Notes: generated by a model from the sequence alone, not told the origin. A DNA stretch of 64,000 bases from Planctomycetota bacterium (GCA_044222185.1 JBGANV010000001.1:1600001-1664000); one strand, 5' to 3'; numbered from the stretch's first letter, positions 46,360 through 56,730 are shown. Numbers and translations: made by a program.

Positions 46360-46980
46360 GTGGTCGTCGCCGTCATGCAAGCCCCACCCGTTCGGAGAGT
46401 GACGTTGGACCGGTCGACGTCGAAGGACGAGACGCTCGAGCGCGCCCGAACCGGCGACGCCCGCGCCTTCCAGGAACTCGTCCGCCAATACCTCCCGCGG
46501 GTTCTCGCCCTCGCCAAGGGCCTCGTCGGGGGCATGCTCGACGCCGAGGACGTGGCGCAGGAGGTCTTCTTCAAGGTCCACCAGAAGCTGGCGACCTTCC
46601 GCGAGGACTCGTCCTTCTACACATGGCTCTACCGCGTGACGGTCAACACGGCGACGGACCTGCGGAAGCGGCGCCGCTCCCAGGCGCTCCAGCAGACGGA
46701 GGATTTCGAGCGGCTGCCGATCGCCGACACCCGCGACGAACCCCTCGTCGCGTTGTCGCGAACGGACCTGGCGGCCGAAGTCCGCTCGGCCATGGCGGAG
46801 ATCCCGACGAAGTTCCGGGCCGTGCTGGTCCTGCGTGAGATCGAACAACTGTCCTACGAGGAGATCGCAGCCACGATGAAGTGCTCGATCGGAACCGTGG
46901 AGAGCCGCCTGTTCCGGGCCCGCGCCCGGCTCAAGGCGATTCTCGAGCGGCGTCTCGAGGTCAAGCGAGGACACCCATGA
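46360..46980 (+). CDS. ECF RNA polymerase sigma factor
   Basis: DAEDVAQEVF, FYTWLYRVTVN and LSYEEIA...GTVESRLFRAR. Confidence 0.92.
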   Translation: MVVAVMQAPPVRRVTLDRSTSKDETLERARTGDARAFQELVRQYLPRVLALAKGLVGGMLDAEDVAQEVFFKVHQKLATFREDSSFYTWLYRVTVNTATDLRKRRRSQALQQTEDFERLPIADTRDEPLVALSRTDLAAEVRSAMAEIPTKFRAVLVLREIEQLSYEEIAATMKCSIGTVESRLFRARARLKAILERRLEVKRGHP

Positions 46981-47600
46981 ACTGTGATGCCTTCCGAGTC
47001 CTGATCACCCGCGAAATCGACGGCGTTCTCGACGGCACCGGCCGCGGCGCCCTCGATTCCCACGTTGCAGCCTGCCCGGCGTGTGCCCGCGAGCGCACGG
47101 CGCAGGGCCGGATCCACGAAGCCTTCAGTCAGCTTCGAGACGTCGACGTCCCCGCCGGCCTCGCCGAGCGGATTGCCGAGCGGGCGGCGGCGGCACCCGC
47201 CCCCCTCCTGCGGTTTCCCCGGTGGCAGAGCCTCGCGCCGATTGCCGCGTCCATCCTCGCCCTGTGCATGCTTTCCGGGTGGCTGGGACACCGCCTCGCA
47301 TCCGAGGGCCGCGAGGTCCTGGCCGGGCCCCGTCCGACCGCCGTGAGCGACGCCGAACTCCGCCAGCTCCTGATCGAGCGAATCGGCGTCCCGGCCGACC
47401 GAGCCGACAAGATCATCGACCTCCGCCACGGCGAGTTCGACCCCAAGCGCGAGGCGGCCAGGGCCCAGTTCGACGCGCGGATTCGCCAGCTCGTCCAGGA
47501 CGAACTCGCCGCGATCTGGAACCAATTGACGCCGGATGAACAGAGGACCTACCGGCAGGTGGACCCCTCGTTCGAACCTCCGCCCAAGCTCGGTCGGTGA
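46977..47600 (+). CDS. Zinc-finger (zf-HC2) transmembrane anti-sigma factor
   Basis: MNC...HVAACPAC, one TM helix and a periplasmic helical domain. ATGA overlap with the sigma gene. Confidence 0.85.
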   Translation: MNCDAFRVLITREIDGVLDGTGRGALDSHVAACPACARERTAQGRIHEAFSQLRDVDVPAGLAERIAERAAAAPAPLLRFPRWQSLAPIAASILALCMLSGWLGHRLASEGREVLAGPRPTAVSDAELRQLLIERIGVPADRADKIIDLRHGEFDPKREAARAQFDARIRQLVQDELAAIWNQLTPDEQRTYRQVDPSFEPPPKLGR

Positions 47601-47707
47601 ACCCCTGGATCGCAGGCGTTCTGCTACCATCCCGCCCCGTCGAAACCGGCCGGAAGCGGGATGAATCGTTTCCGGTGTTCGACGTTGCGTAACTGACGAG
47701 GAGACTC

Positions 47708-49495
47708 ATGGCGAAGGGAACGGGGATCGAGATCGGCGAGACTGCCGTAACCGTCGTCGAGATCGATGGCTCTCCGAAGAAGTTCCGGATCACCGGAACG
47801 GGCCGGACTCCGATCGAAACGACCGAGCCCGGCGAGGACCGCATTCGTGCGGTCGCGCAGGCCGTCCGCGGCGCGATGAAGGGAGCCAGGGCGAGCCGCG
47901 ATCAGGTGGTCGTCAGCCTGCCCGCTCGGGACGTCATCGTCCGGGAGATCCAACTCCCGTTCACGGACGAAGAGCAGATTCGGAAGGTCATCAAGTTCGA
48001 GTCGGAGAGCCATCTCCACTCGTGCGACATCGACGACGTCGTCGTCGGGTTCCAGAAGATCGGCGACAACGGCCAGAAGAGCCGCGTCCTCATCTTCGCC
48101 GTCCGCAAGGACCAGATCCGCGATGCGCTCGACTCGCTCGATCGCATCGGCGTCGATCCGCTCCACGTCACGATCGACGCCACGGCGCTCTTCGGGCTGT
48201 GGCGCGCTCTGCCATCGGGTCAGTCCGACGGCACGTTCGTGATCCTGGATGTGGGTGAGGTCACCACCACCGCCATGGTGACGCAGGGCGACAAGATCCG
48301 GCTGGTGCGAGGCATTCGCCTCGGCACCGAGACGATCACCCGCGTCATCGCAACGGACATGGGCATCGATCGCGAGGAAGCGCGCACCAAGACGCAGCAG
48401 TTCCGAGCGACGTCCACCGACGTTTTCGCGATCGCGGGGGACGTGGACGAACAGGCACCGTCGACGGCCACGTCGGCCCAGGGACTGCAGCGCGACATCA
48501 TCCGCGACAGCCACGGCGGATTCGCCCGCCGTCTCGCGAACGAGGTCCGTCGCTCGCTGTCGTCGGTCCTCCTCGACGGCAAGGTCGAAGGCGTGTTCCT
48601 GACAGGCGTCGGCGGAATGGCTCCGGGCCTCGTCGAGGCCATGCAGGAGCAATTCCACGTCCCGATCCAGCGCCTCGACACGACCGAGGGAGTCGATCAC
48701 AAGCTCACGGGTGACACGGCGTGGCACATCGGAGTCGGCGCCGGGCTGGGTTTGATCCCGCTCGGCCATGATCCGCTGAAGCTCGACTTCCGCCAGGAAG
48801 AGTTCAAGTTCGCGCGCAAGTTCGACCGCTTGAAGTGGATGCTCCTCACGGCGTTGAGCCTCGTGCTCTTCCTCGTCGGCTTCCTCATCATCGGCGAGAT
48901 CAACGACACGCGCGCCTACCAGCGACGACTCGACGACATCGCAACCTACGCCCGAACGGACGCTCGCAGCTTCTACGTCCCGCTGCTCAAGGACCCGAAA
49001 ACGGCCGCGGTCCTCGACGATTCCGCCGGCGAGACGAAATCGAAGCCGAAATCCGCCGAGGAGGTGGACAAGCAACTCGACGCCGCGGCGCCGGGGTTCA
49101 TCCTCCAGGACATCGGCAAGCTCTTCACGAGCGCGGCATCGATCGTCGAGCGGAAGTACGGGATGTCCGTCACTCAAAAACCGGGCGAAAAGCCCAGCGA
49201 GAACATCGCAATCACGGTGTCTGCACTGTCGCGACTCTCGAAGTTCATGGGCGTCCTCAACAAGCACCCCGAGCTGCAAGGCAAGTTCGCCGTGAACAAG
49301 CTCCTCGTCTCGAGCGTGGAAATCACATGGGACATGGACCTCGAGGACGAATCCTCCTGGGACAGCATCGCGCGCGATCTGCGAGCTCTCGATGGAGTCC
49401 AGAAGGTCGAGCCCGGAACGATCAAGCCGCAAGGCCTCAACGGCTGGCGTCGCTACGAACAATGCAAGGTCACCTGGCCACGGGAGAACCAGTGA
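47708..49495 (+). CDS. PilM/GspL-like actin-fold protein fused to a TM and PilN-like periplasmic domain
   Basis: TGIEIG, ILDVGEVTT, LGTETIT and VFLTGVGG actin-fold motifs, then LDFR, a TM and a C-terminal domain. Confidence 0.8.
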   Translation: MAKGTGIEIGETAVTVVEIDGSPKKFRITGTGRTPIETTEPGEDRIRAVAQAVRGAMKGARASRDQVVVSLPARDVIVREIQLPFTDEEQIRKVIKFESESHLHSCDIDDVVVGFQKIGDNGQKSRVLIFAVRKDQIRDALDSLDRIGVDPLHVTIDATALFGLWRALPSGQSDGTFVILDVGEVTTTAMVTQGDKIRLVRGIRLGTETITRVIATDMGIDREEARTKTQQFRATSTDVFAIAGDVDEQAPSTATSAQGLQRDIIRDSHGGFARRLANEVRRSLSSVLLDGKVEGVFLTGVGGMAPGLVEAMQEQFHVPIQRLDTTEGVDHKLTGDTAWHIGVGAGLGLIPLGHDPLKLDFRQEEFKFARKFDRLKWMLLTALSLVLFLVGFLIIGEINDTRAYQRRLDDIATYARTDARSFYVPLLKDPKTAAVLDDSAGETKSKPKSAEEVDKQLDAAAPGFILQDIGKLFTSAASIVERKYGMSVTQKPGEKPSENIAITVSALSRLSKFMGVLNKHPELQGKFAVNKLLVSSVEITWDMDLEDESSWDSIARDLRALDGVQKVEPGTIKPQGLNGWRRYEQCKVTWPRENQ

Positions 49496-49496
49496 C

Positions 49497-50135
49497 ATGG
49501 CAACTTCCGTGAAAGCCCCTGTGGCCGAGAAGCCGAAGACGTCCGCGCCGACCGCCCCGCCGCTTCCGAGCGTCAACCAGCCCGCGGCACCAACCGGCGG
49601 TCGCGACTCCTTCTTCAAGGTCGTCGTGTGGCTCATGGTTCTCGCCGACCTCGCCGGAGCCGGCTTCTGGGCCTACATGCACTTCGGCAAGAACCGAGAC
49701 CTCTCGAACCGCATCGCGGGTGACAGTCGTCAGGTCGTCCAGATGAAGACCAACCTGGTCAACCTGGAATCGACCGTCCGGAAGATCGCCCAGGAGAACA
49801 TCAACGCCGTCGACGACCCCTCGACCGTCGTGGTCTCGATCTCGCGGCAGCCGCGGTTCGAAGCCATCTCCGAGTACATCCAGGTCGGGCGCCCATCCGG
49901 CGCGCCGTTCGGGAAGTCGAGTTACTACGAGACCGCGTTCCAGGTCGTCTTCCTCCTGAAGACGGGCTACAAGTTCGGCGACCTCATCGCCTTCCTCATG
50001 GAGATCGAGAAGGCGAACCCGACGATCCAGATCAAGGAGATGGATTTCGGGAAGCGCGACCTCGCCGTCGGTGCCGACAGCTGGCGCCCGACCCACGCGA
50101 CCGTGCGCGTGATGACGCTCAAGTCGAACCGATAG
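49497..50135 (+). CDS. PilO/GspM-like bitopic protein
   Basis: TM, coiled coil and a ferredoxin-like tail (LIAFLMEIE...IQIKEM). Directly after the PilM-like gene. Confidence 0.6.
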   Translation: MATSVKAPVAEKPKTSAPTAPPLPSVNQPAAPTGGRDSFFKVVVWLMVLADLAGAGFWAYMHFGKNRDLSNRIAGDSRQVVQMKTNLVNLESTVRKIAQENINAVDDPSTVVVSISRQPRFEAISEYIQVGRPSGAPFGKSSYYETAFQVVFLLKTGYKFGDLIAFLMEIEKANPTIQIKEMDFGKRDLAVGADSWRPTHATVRVMTLKSNR

Positions 50136-50196
50136 GTGAGCGCCCGTGCCCCTGGGATTGGCGGTTGCGCTGCGCGCCGCCGACCCGACCGCGGCG

Positions 50197-52464
50197 TCAG
50201 AGATCCATCACGTCGTCGCGGTACCGCACGAAGTACGACAACGTCTCCCCCTGGCAGACGGAGCAGTATCCGAAGTCGTTCACCAGCCGGTCGAGCAGGT
50301 GACGCGCGGCCTGCCGACGTTCGGACGGGATCTGATCGGCGACGTTCGCCTTCTCCTCCAGCGCGTCCTCCGCAAGCCGCACGAGCTTCTGGTGCTGCTC
50401 CGCGAACACCTTCTGCTTCAGCGCCACGAAGATGTTCTCGAACAGCTCCTCGTAGACGATGGGCTTCGTCGGATTGTCGATGCGGAACGCCGCAATACGA
50501 GTCATGAGGTCGCGACGGAACCGATCGACGGGCTCCTTCAGATCGAGGTGACGCTCGACGTCGCCCATGAGGCGCTCGTCGGGGGGTTCGAGCTGGCCCG
50601 TCTGGGCGTTCACGACGCGTTGCTTCGTGTCGTACGACTTGACGTGACGGAAGTACTCCGTGAAGAGCCGCCCGTACTCGGCCTCGTCGACGATGTCGGA
50701 GGCCTGCTGGATCTCCCGTGCGAGCCGACGCACGTACTCCTTGCGAACCTCCTCGATGAACTCCTCCGGATCGTGGTACGGACCGTCCTTCTCGAGTCGT
50801 AGGAACGCGTGGAGAGTCTTGTCCTTGATGAGGTCCGGGAGCGCCTCGAAGATGTCGACGGGGCTGATGCACGCCCGGTTCCGCTCGATGGCGATATCCG
50901 AGAGCAGCGACATGATCTCCCGGGGGCTCGCGCCGTCGCGCCCCTCGTAGGCCGCGTCCATGTAGCCTTCGACCTCTTCCTCCATCCCGTCGAACTCGCC
51001 GCGCAGGTTCTTGACCTCGGCACGCAGGAGTTTCTGCTCCTCGTCCCCGAGATCCGAGGGAAGCTCGAGACGATCGTAGAGACGCGCCTTCCGCAGAGGG
51101 TTCAGGCGGCGTACGGCACCCTGGACGGCCTGCGGGTATCGGGTCGCGCTGGGCCGCTTCAGCCGCGTCAGGACGGCCCAGAGCGCGATGGCGGTCGCCG
51201 TGTGCGGCGCGACGTGGCGATCGCCCTTCAGGTGCGCGAGGTGGCGCGCGTAGATCTGAGCCTCCTTCTTGTACTCGAGGAGGTACGGAACGCGGACCAG
51301 TTCGAAACGCCCTTTGAACGCCGGGAACGCCGGGTCGCGCTTGAACGCCGCGAGGTACTTCTCGTTCGTCGTCCCGAACATGACGACGTCGAGCTGGACC
51401 GTGTACCCGGGCAGGTTCAACAACCCTCGCTCGGCCGTCGTGAGGAGATACTTGGAGGCCTCGATCGGGCGTTTGAACAGCTCGCTGAATTCCACGATCC
51501 CCGTATTCGCATCGATCAGGTCGCCGAAGGCCTCGGAGAACGTCTCGTGCTGGAGCACGGGAGGCAGGCCGCCCATGTTCGAGTGTCCGAGCATGCGCAC
51601 CTGCGCGTCGATCGACGCCTGGGGTTCGATCATCACCGACGCCGTGCGGTAGCGACGCGAGACGTAGTAGCGCTCGACCCGCACGTGGCGGACGACCTTC
51701 CGCCAGTCGCCGTTGTACGCCTTCAGGAGGCAGTCGTAGATGACCTTCGACTTCGGCGAGAGGTCGCCCTCGACGACGGTTTCGTTCCACTGGAAGCGCG
51801 CGCGTTCTTCGGGGGACGTCGCCCCGAGCACGGTTTCGAGGAATCGCCGCCGGTGATCCTTCGGGATGAGGAGGTATGGCGGGTCCTTCATCTCGCACGG
51901 GATGCGCGACGAGATCAGGCGTTCGTCGACCTCGGCGAGGGATTCGAGTTCGGAGACGATGCGCTCGGGCTGGAACCCGAGGCGCTCCTGGTCTCCTGCC
52001 TCGCAGAAGATCCAGGAGAACCGGAACATCGCCCCCTGCTCGAGCTGCGAGTACCGCTCCAGCGTCCGGACCAACGACTCGACGATCGACGATTTGGCCG
52101 AGCCGTTGGGGCCGTGGAGGAGGATGAATCGGTCAGGATGCCCGCGGCGCGAGAACTCGCAGAGGATGTCGTAGATCCGCTGCTGGACCTCTTCCTGGCC
52201 GAAGACCTCGAGGCTCGCCTCCCCGGCCGCACCCGGATCGTCGAAGGCTCGCCAGCGCCGTGCCGTCCCGCCGATTCCCCGGACCTCGTAGGTGCCGAAG
52301 TGATCGAGCGCGTCGACCAGGTAGCGGGGCGAGGACCGGGTGAGGCTTGCCGGCTTGGTCCCGAGGAGCTGCAGGTACCGGTTGAAGGACATCACCGAGT
52401 TGCGGCGCGCAAACTCGTCGCGCGTCGCGGTCGCGATGTCGTGGATGATGCGGTCCAGATCCAT
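50197..52464 (-). CDS. prkA: PrkA/YeaG family AAA+ serine protein kinase
   Basis: FGQEE, LLHGPNGSAKSS, ANTGIVEFSELFKRP and EGRDGASPRE motifs. Confidence 0.88.
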   Translation of the reverse strand: MDLDRIIHDIATATRDEFARRNSVMSFNRYLQLLGTKPASLTRSSPRYLVDALDHFGTYEVRGIGGTARRWRAFDDPGAAGEASLEVFGQEEVQQRIYDILCEFSRRGHPDRFILLHGPNGSAKSSIVESLVRTLERYSQLEQGAMFRFSWIFCEAGDQERLGFQPERIVSELESLAEVDERLISSRIPCEMKDPPYLLIPKDHRRRFLETVLGATSPEERARFQWNETVVEGDLSPKSKVIYDCLLKAYNGDWRKVVRHVRVERYYVSRRYRTASVMIEPQASIDAQVRMLGHSNMGGLPPVLQHETFSEAFGDLIDANTGIVEFSELFKRPIEASKYLLTTAERGLLNLPGYTVQLDVVMFGTTNEKYLAAFKRDPAFPAFKGRFELVRVPYLLEYKKEAQIYARHLAHLKGDRHVAPHTATAIALWAVLTRLKRPSATRYPQAVQGAVRRLNPLRKARLYDRLELPSDLGDEEQKLLRAEVKNLRGEFDGMEEEVEGYMDAAYEGRDGASPREIMSLLSDIAIERNRACISPVDIFEALPDLIKDKTLHAFLRLEKDGPYHDPEEFIEEVRKEYVRRLAREIQQASDIVDEAEYGRLFTEYFRHVKSYDTKQRVVNAQTGQLEPPDERLMGDVERHLDLKEPVDRFRRDLMTRIAAFRIDNPTKPIVYEELFENIFVALKQKVFAEQHQKLVRLAEDALEEKANVADQIPSERRQAARHLLDRLVNDFGYCSVCQGETLSYFVRYRDDVMDL

Positions 52465-52549
52465 GGCAGCCGTCCTTGGCTTCACATACGGCGCCTGAAC
52501 GGCGACGCGGACCACGTGGAGGCGCAAAGCTGCCGCCTCGTCCCTGCGA

Positions 52550-52624
52550 TGACCCCGACGGGATTTGAACCCGTGTTACCAGGATGAAAACCTGATGTCC
52601 TAGACCGGCCTAGACGACGGGGCC
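52550..52624 (-). tRNA. tRNA-Glu (anticodon UUC)
   Basis: GGCCCCGTCGTCTAGGCCGGTCTAGGACA-TCAGG-TTTTCAT-CCTGG-TAAC-ACGGGTTCAAATCCCGT-CGGGGTCA. CCA is not encoded. Confidence 0.96.
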
Positions 52625-52845
52625 TCATGTCCCCACTCGAAGACCTTTCGGGCGCGATGGGGCCGCGGATTCTGCCACACGATCTGGGCTTCGCAAAGAG
52701 GCCCGAGCGGGCTCCGACCTCGCCCCCACGCGCGCTGAAGATGACGGTGTGCAGGCGCGGCAGCGGTAAGATCCGCCCCACATCGCCGCACCCCGGGTTG
52801 TGATACGTCGCGGCATCACGCTTCGAAGTTCCAGAGGACCCCAGC

Positions 52846-53964
52846 ATGAAAGTCCTGCATCCGCTCCGCGCGGTCTTGGCGTTCGTCGTCGTCATCGCTC
52901 TCGCACCGCAGGCCAGCCTGCGCGCGCAGGAGCCCACGACCGAGAAGAAGCCCGCGGACAACCCCTTCACGATCGAGGCCGAACATCCCCGTCTCGGAGT
53001 CATCGACCAGGGGTCCACCGGGACTTGCTGGTCTTTTGCCACGTCTTCCTTCCTCGAGACGGAGGTCGAGCGGCTCCACAAGAAGAAGGTCGACCTTTCG
53101 GAGATCTACTTCGCGCGCATGGCGATCCTGGAGAAGGCTCGCCGCCTCGTCGCCCTCCAGGGGCACGCCCAGTTCGGCGAGGGCGGATTGGCCCACGACC
53201 TCCCCTACCTGATCCGCCAACACGGGGCCGTGCCGCAGAGCGTCTATTCGGGCCTCCGGAACGGGGACACCCGTCACAACCACGCCGAGATGTTCAAGTT
53301 CCTCGACGTGATTCTGAAGGAGCTCTCCAAGGAGGACGCCAAGCCGTCGGCGCACTGGGAAGACGCCATCATGGGCATCGTCGACGCCTACATCGGCACG
53401 CCTCCGGCGAGCTTCGAATACGAGGGCAAGCAATACACGCCGCGCACGTTCGCCGACGAGTTCCTGAAGCTCCCGGTCGACGACTACATCGAGGTGATGT
53501 CCTACGGTGCCACGCCGTTCCACCAACCGGCCGAGCTCCTGGTGCCGGACAACTGGCTGCGGTTCCAGGGGTACGTCAACCTGCCGATCGACGAGATGAT
53601 GGAGGCCATCGACTCCGCGGTTCGCGGCGGATACACGGTCGCGCTCGACGCCGACGTCAGCGAGCCGGGGTTCCGCATGGATCGCGGGATCGCCAAGCTC
53701 CCCAAGGAGCTGGAGAAGGAAGGCGCCGTCACCCAGGAGATCCGCGACGCGATGTTCAAGAAGCGCGAAACGACCGACGACCACCTCATGCACGTCGTTG
53801 GCGTCGCGAAGCACAAGGACGGCGGCACCTACTACTTGACGAAGAACTCCTGGGGCCCGAAGACCGGGCCTTTCGAGGGTTACGTCTACATCTCGGCGAA
53901 CTACCTGCGCGCCAAGGCCCTGTCCGTGATGGTCCACAAGGACGCGCTGAAGCGGAAGTCGTGA
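52846..53964 (+). CDS. Secreted C1 family cysteine peptidase (aminopeptidase C-like)
   Basis: Signal peptide, and catalytic motifs DQGSTGTCWSF, DHLMH and KNSWG. Confidence 0.92.
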   Translation: MKVLHPLRAVLAFVVVIALAPQASLRAQEPTTEKKPADNPFTIEAEHPRLGVIDQGSTGTCWSFATSSFLETEVERLHKKKVDLSEIYFARMAILEKARRLVALQGHAQFGEGGLAHDLPYLIRQHGAVPQSVYSGLRNGDTRHNHAEMFKFLDVILKELSKEDAKPSAHWEDAIMGIVDAYIGTPPASFEYEGKQYTPRTFADEFLKLPVDDYIEVMSYGATPFHQPAELLVPDNWLRFQGYVNLPIDEMMEAIDSAVRGGYTVALDADVSEPGFRMDRGIAKLPKELEKEGAVTQEIRDAMFKKRETTDDHLMHVVGVAKHKDGGTYYLTKNSWGPKTGPFEGYVYISANYLRAKALSVMVHKDALKRKS

Positions 53965-53994
53965 TCGCGCCGGCGCCGCCCGGGGCGCCACCCG

Positions 53995-54771
53995 CTACTT
54001 TTCGAGGAGGATCCGCTCGCCGACGAGCGCATCCAGCGCCGACCCGAGTTCGCTCTCGTTGGCGGCCGGGAAAACCGACCACCCGTTCGCCTTCACGTCG
54101 TTGAACACGGCGGCATTCACATCGAACGCGACGATGTAGACGGCGGACCGTTGATCCTCGCGCAGCACTGCCATGGCGCGCGCCACCTCTCCTGGGGCCG
54201 CGCCGGTGGTGTTTTCACCGTCAGTGACGACGAGGACGTGGCGCCGATTCAGCCCGGACCTCGCCAGGTCGCGGTGGGCCTTCGCGACGGCATCACCGAT
54301 GGGCGTTCCCCCATCGGGTTTCAACGTCCGCAGGAGACGCTCGGCCGCTGCCGCATTGGGCGGACCGAGTGGGCTGAGGAGCGCCGCATCGTTCCCGCTG
54401 AAGGCGTAGAGACTGAGTTCGAACACCCGCTTGGGATCCTCGGCGGCGTACCCTTCCATGCGCTCCACGATCTTCGCGAGGCACGACCGGGCGATCTCGA
54501 TCTTCGGCCGCCGCTCACTCCCCGCACCGGCGACGCGTTCCTTCATGCTGCCCGAGGTGTCGACGAGCACGGCCACCGCGATGCCATCGCGGCTCGCCTT
54601 CGGATCGGGAACGGTCAGAGTGACTTCCGATCCGGATTCCCCCGCCGCCGTCGACGATCCATTGCCGGAGAACCCGGTCCGGACCCACGATCCGAGCCTA
54701 AACACGGCGAACACGATCAGCAGCGCGATGATCGGCTTGATCGAGGCGCGGCCGCGAACGCGATCTGACAT
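53995..54771 (-). CDS. Membrane-anchored VWA domain protein
   Basis: MIDAS motifs DTSGSM, GGTP and VTDGE. Confidence 0.88.
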   Translation of the reverse strand: MSDRVRGRASIKPIIALLIVFAVFRLGSWVRTGFSGNGSSTAAGESGSEVTLTVPDPKASRDGIAVAVLVDTSGSMKERVAGAGSERRPKIEIARSCLAKIVERMEGYAAEDPKRVFELSLYAFSGNDAALLSPLGPPNAAAAERLLRTLKPDGGTPIGDAVAKAHRDLARSGLNRRHVLVVTDGENTTGAAPGEVARAMAVLREDQRSAVYIVAFDVNAAVFNDVKANGWSVFPAANESELGSALDALVGERILLEK

Positions 54772-54871
54772 CCAACGTCTCCCATGTCGCGCTCACCTCG
54801 GCGCGATGAGACGAAATACGTCGTTTCGCAGAAAACTCCCGTCCTCGGGGGCGGTGAGCGCCTTCGTCGTC

Positions 54872-56314
54872 TCACTCGCCGTGCCACCAGACGGACGGGC
54901 CCAGCTCGCGATCTTCGTCCGCGCGCTTCACTTTCAGGGTGATGCCAGCGAACCGCACGCGCTCGAAGAACTCCACCCGCACGCGGTGCAACCCCTTCAA
55001 CAGCCGCAGGGATTGCTGGAATACGGCGCCCTCGTTCTCCTTCCAGTCGTCCACGAGCCGCACGTCGTCGACCCACAGGCGGATCCCATCGTTGACGACG
55101 CCGAGGAACGACCACGCGCCGTCGGACGGAAGGTCCACGTATCCCTCCCACCTCGCGCTGAAATCGTCCGCGGGAATTCCTGCAATGGGCGAGTCCCAAC
55201 GCCACTCGAAGTCGACGGCGCGATCGATGCGGCGGCGCGGCTCGCCCGACAGGTCGGGGCGCGGGAAATACGTGGCGGCGAGGCCGCGCGCCAGCCGTCT
55301 GGTCTGGCGCAACGCCTCACCATCGCGCTGAACCTGCAGTTGATAGCGGCGCCAGGTCTCCGGGCGGAGAACCGTGGCCATCACCATCTCCCGTTGCGCT
55401 GCGGCCAGTGCCCCGGACGCGCGATTCAGCCCGTCCAGCTCGACCAGGGCGTCTCGGAATCGTTCGTCCTTGATCGCGACGAGGGAGCGGTTGATCCGCG
55501 TCGGCAGGTCGTCCGGCATGAACTTCAGGACGGCTCGAAAGCGCGCGTCGGCGCCGGCGCGGTCGCCGCGCTCGGCTGCGACGATGCCCGCGTTGATCGC
55601 CGCCTCGAGCAGGTCCGGGTGCAGCGCCAGGGCTTCATCGAATCGTCGCGACGCCAGTTCGCCTCGACCCGCGGTCCAGTTCACGTACCCATCGTTGTTG
55701 AGGAGCCATGCGACGACTTCCGCGTCCGTGAGGTTGCGCAGGTAGGCGCCGCCCTTCTCCGCATCCGGGCTGATGCCACGTGCACGGTAGAACTCGTCCG
55801 GCCGTTGACGTCCGTCCTCCGTCGTCTCGATGTTCAGCCGCGTCGTCCCGTCGTCCCACCGCACGAAGAAGTGACGGGGCGCGGCCACGCCGTGAAGCGG
55901 CAGCCCGAGTCGGCGGCCGACCGTGAGGATCACCGCGGAGAGTGAGAGGCAGTACCCCTGGCGCCCGGGCAGGACCTTGTGGAGGTAGAAGTTCCCAGGG
56001 TCGGCCAGGTCCGCGCTCGCGGTGAACTTCTGCTCCCGGAAGAAGTAGTCCGAGAGCACGCGCACGCGGTCGTGCGCGCTCCAACGCGCCGCGAGCCGCT
56101 CCCTCAGGTCGAGTTCGAACACGTCCAGCTGCGCCCGCACGGGCCCACGCGCGAACGATGGATCCGCTCGGCGCGCCAGCTCGATCATCGCGCCGAGGAT
56201 GTCGCGAGGGACGGGGTCCTCGGCGGGCCTCGACTCCTGCCCAAATGAAGCGGCTCCCGCCAGTCCGATGACGAGGACCAGCAGGAGCCGCGAGTCAGAG
56301 ATCCGGGCGATCAA
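54872..56314 (-). CDS. Exported SirB1/transglutaminase-like + TPR + PA14 domain protein
   Basis: LHKVL..RQGYCLSLS...APRHFFVR, TPR helices and PA14 (DDFSARWEGY...NDGIRLWVD). TTG start overlaps the upstream stop. Confidence 0.82.
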   Translation of the reverse strand: MIARISDSRLLLVLVIGLAGAASFGQESRPAEDPVPRDILGAMIELARRADPSFARGPVRAQLDVFELDLRERLAARWSAHDRVRVLSDYFFREQKFTASADLADPGNFYLHKVLPGRQGYCLSLSAVILTVGRRLGLPLHGVAAPRHFFVRWDDGTTRLNIETTEDGRQRPDEFYRARGISPDAEKGGAYLRNLTDAEVVAWLLNNDGYVNWTAGRGELASRRFDEALALHPDLLEAAINAGIVAAERGDRAGADARFRAVLKFMPDDLPTRINRSLVAIKDERFRDALVELDGLNRASGALAAAQREMVMATVLRPETWRRYQLQVQRDGEALRQTRRLARGLAATYFPRPDLSGEPRRRIDRAVDFEWRWDSPIAGIPADDFSARWEGYVDLPSDGAWSFLGVVNDGIRLWVDDVRLVDDWKENEGAVFQQSLRLLKGLHRVRVEFFERVRFAGITLKVKRADEDRELGPSVWWHGE

Positions 56315-56700
56315 AGCGACCGGGCGAGTTTGAGGACGTTGTCGATGTACTGGGCGTTGGTCCAGATGTCGTATCCGACCTCTTCGCTTCGATTGCGTTG
56401 ACGTCCGCGGAACTTCTGGAACTGCTCCGAGTTGAGCACGCCGGCTGCGGCGGCGATGAACTCGTTCGCGTGATCCTCGTGATGCGAGCATCCGAGCGTG
56501 CGGTGCGTCTCGCTCCACTTCTTGTGGAACTCGTCGTCGAACGTCCGGATCGCATCTTGTTGAGCCTTCGTCAGGAGCATGCGGTCGAGTTGCTGCCGCG
56601 CCTGTTGGTACTGCCACGAGTGGCAGCGCCGCTCGGCCGGCATGAATGCCGTGCAGAGCAGGCAGGCGGGAATCACCAAGAGCAGAAGCGCGTTTTTCAT
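56311..56700 (-). CDS. Small exported helical protein (Spy/CpxP-like LTxxQ motifs, His/Cys cluster)
   Basis: GGAGG RBS, signal peptide, and LTKAQ, LNSEQ and LGCSHHEDH. Confidence 0.7.
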   Translation of the reverse strand: MKNALLLLVIPACLLCTAFMPAERRCHSWQYQQARQQLDRMLLTKAQQDAIRTFDDEFHKKWSETHRTLGCSHHEDHANEFIAAAAGVLNSEQFQKFRGRQRNRSEEVGYDIWTNAQYIDNVLKLARSL

Positions 56701-56730
56701 GCGATCACCTCCCTTCGGTCATCCGTCACA

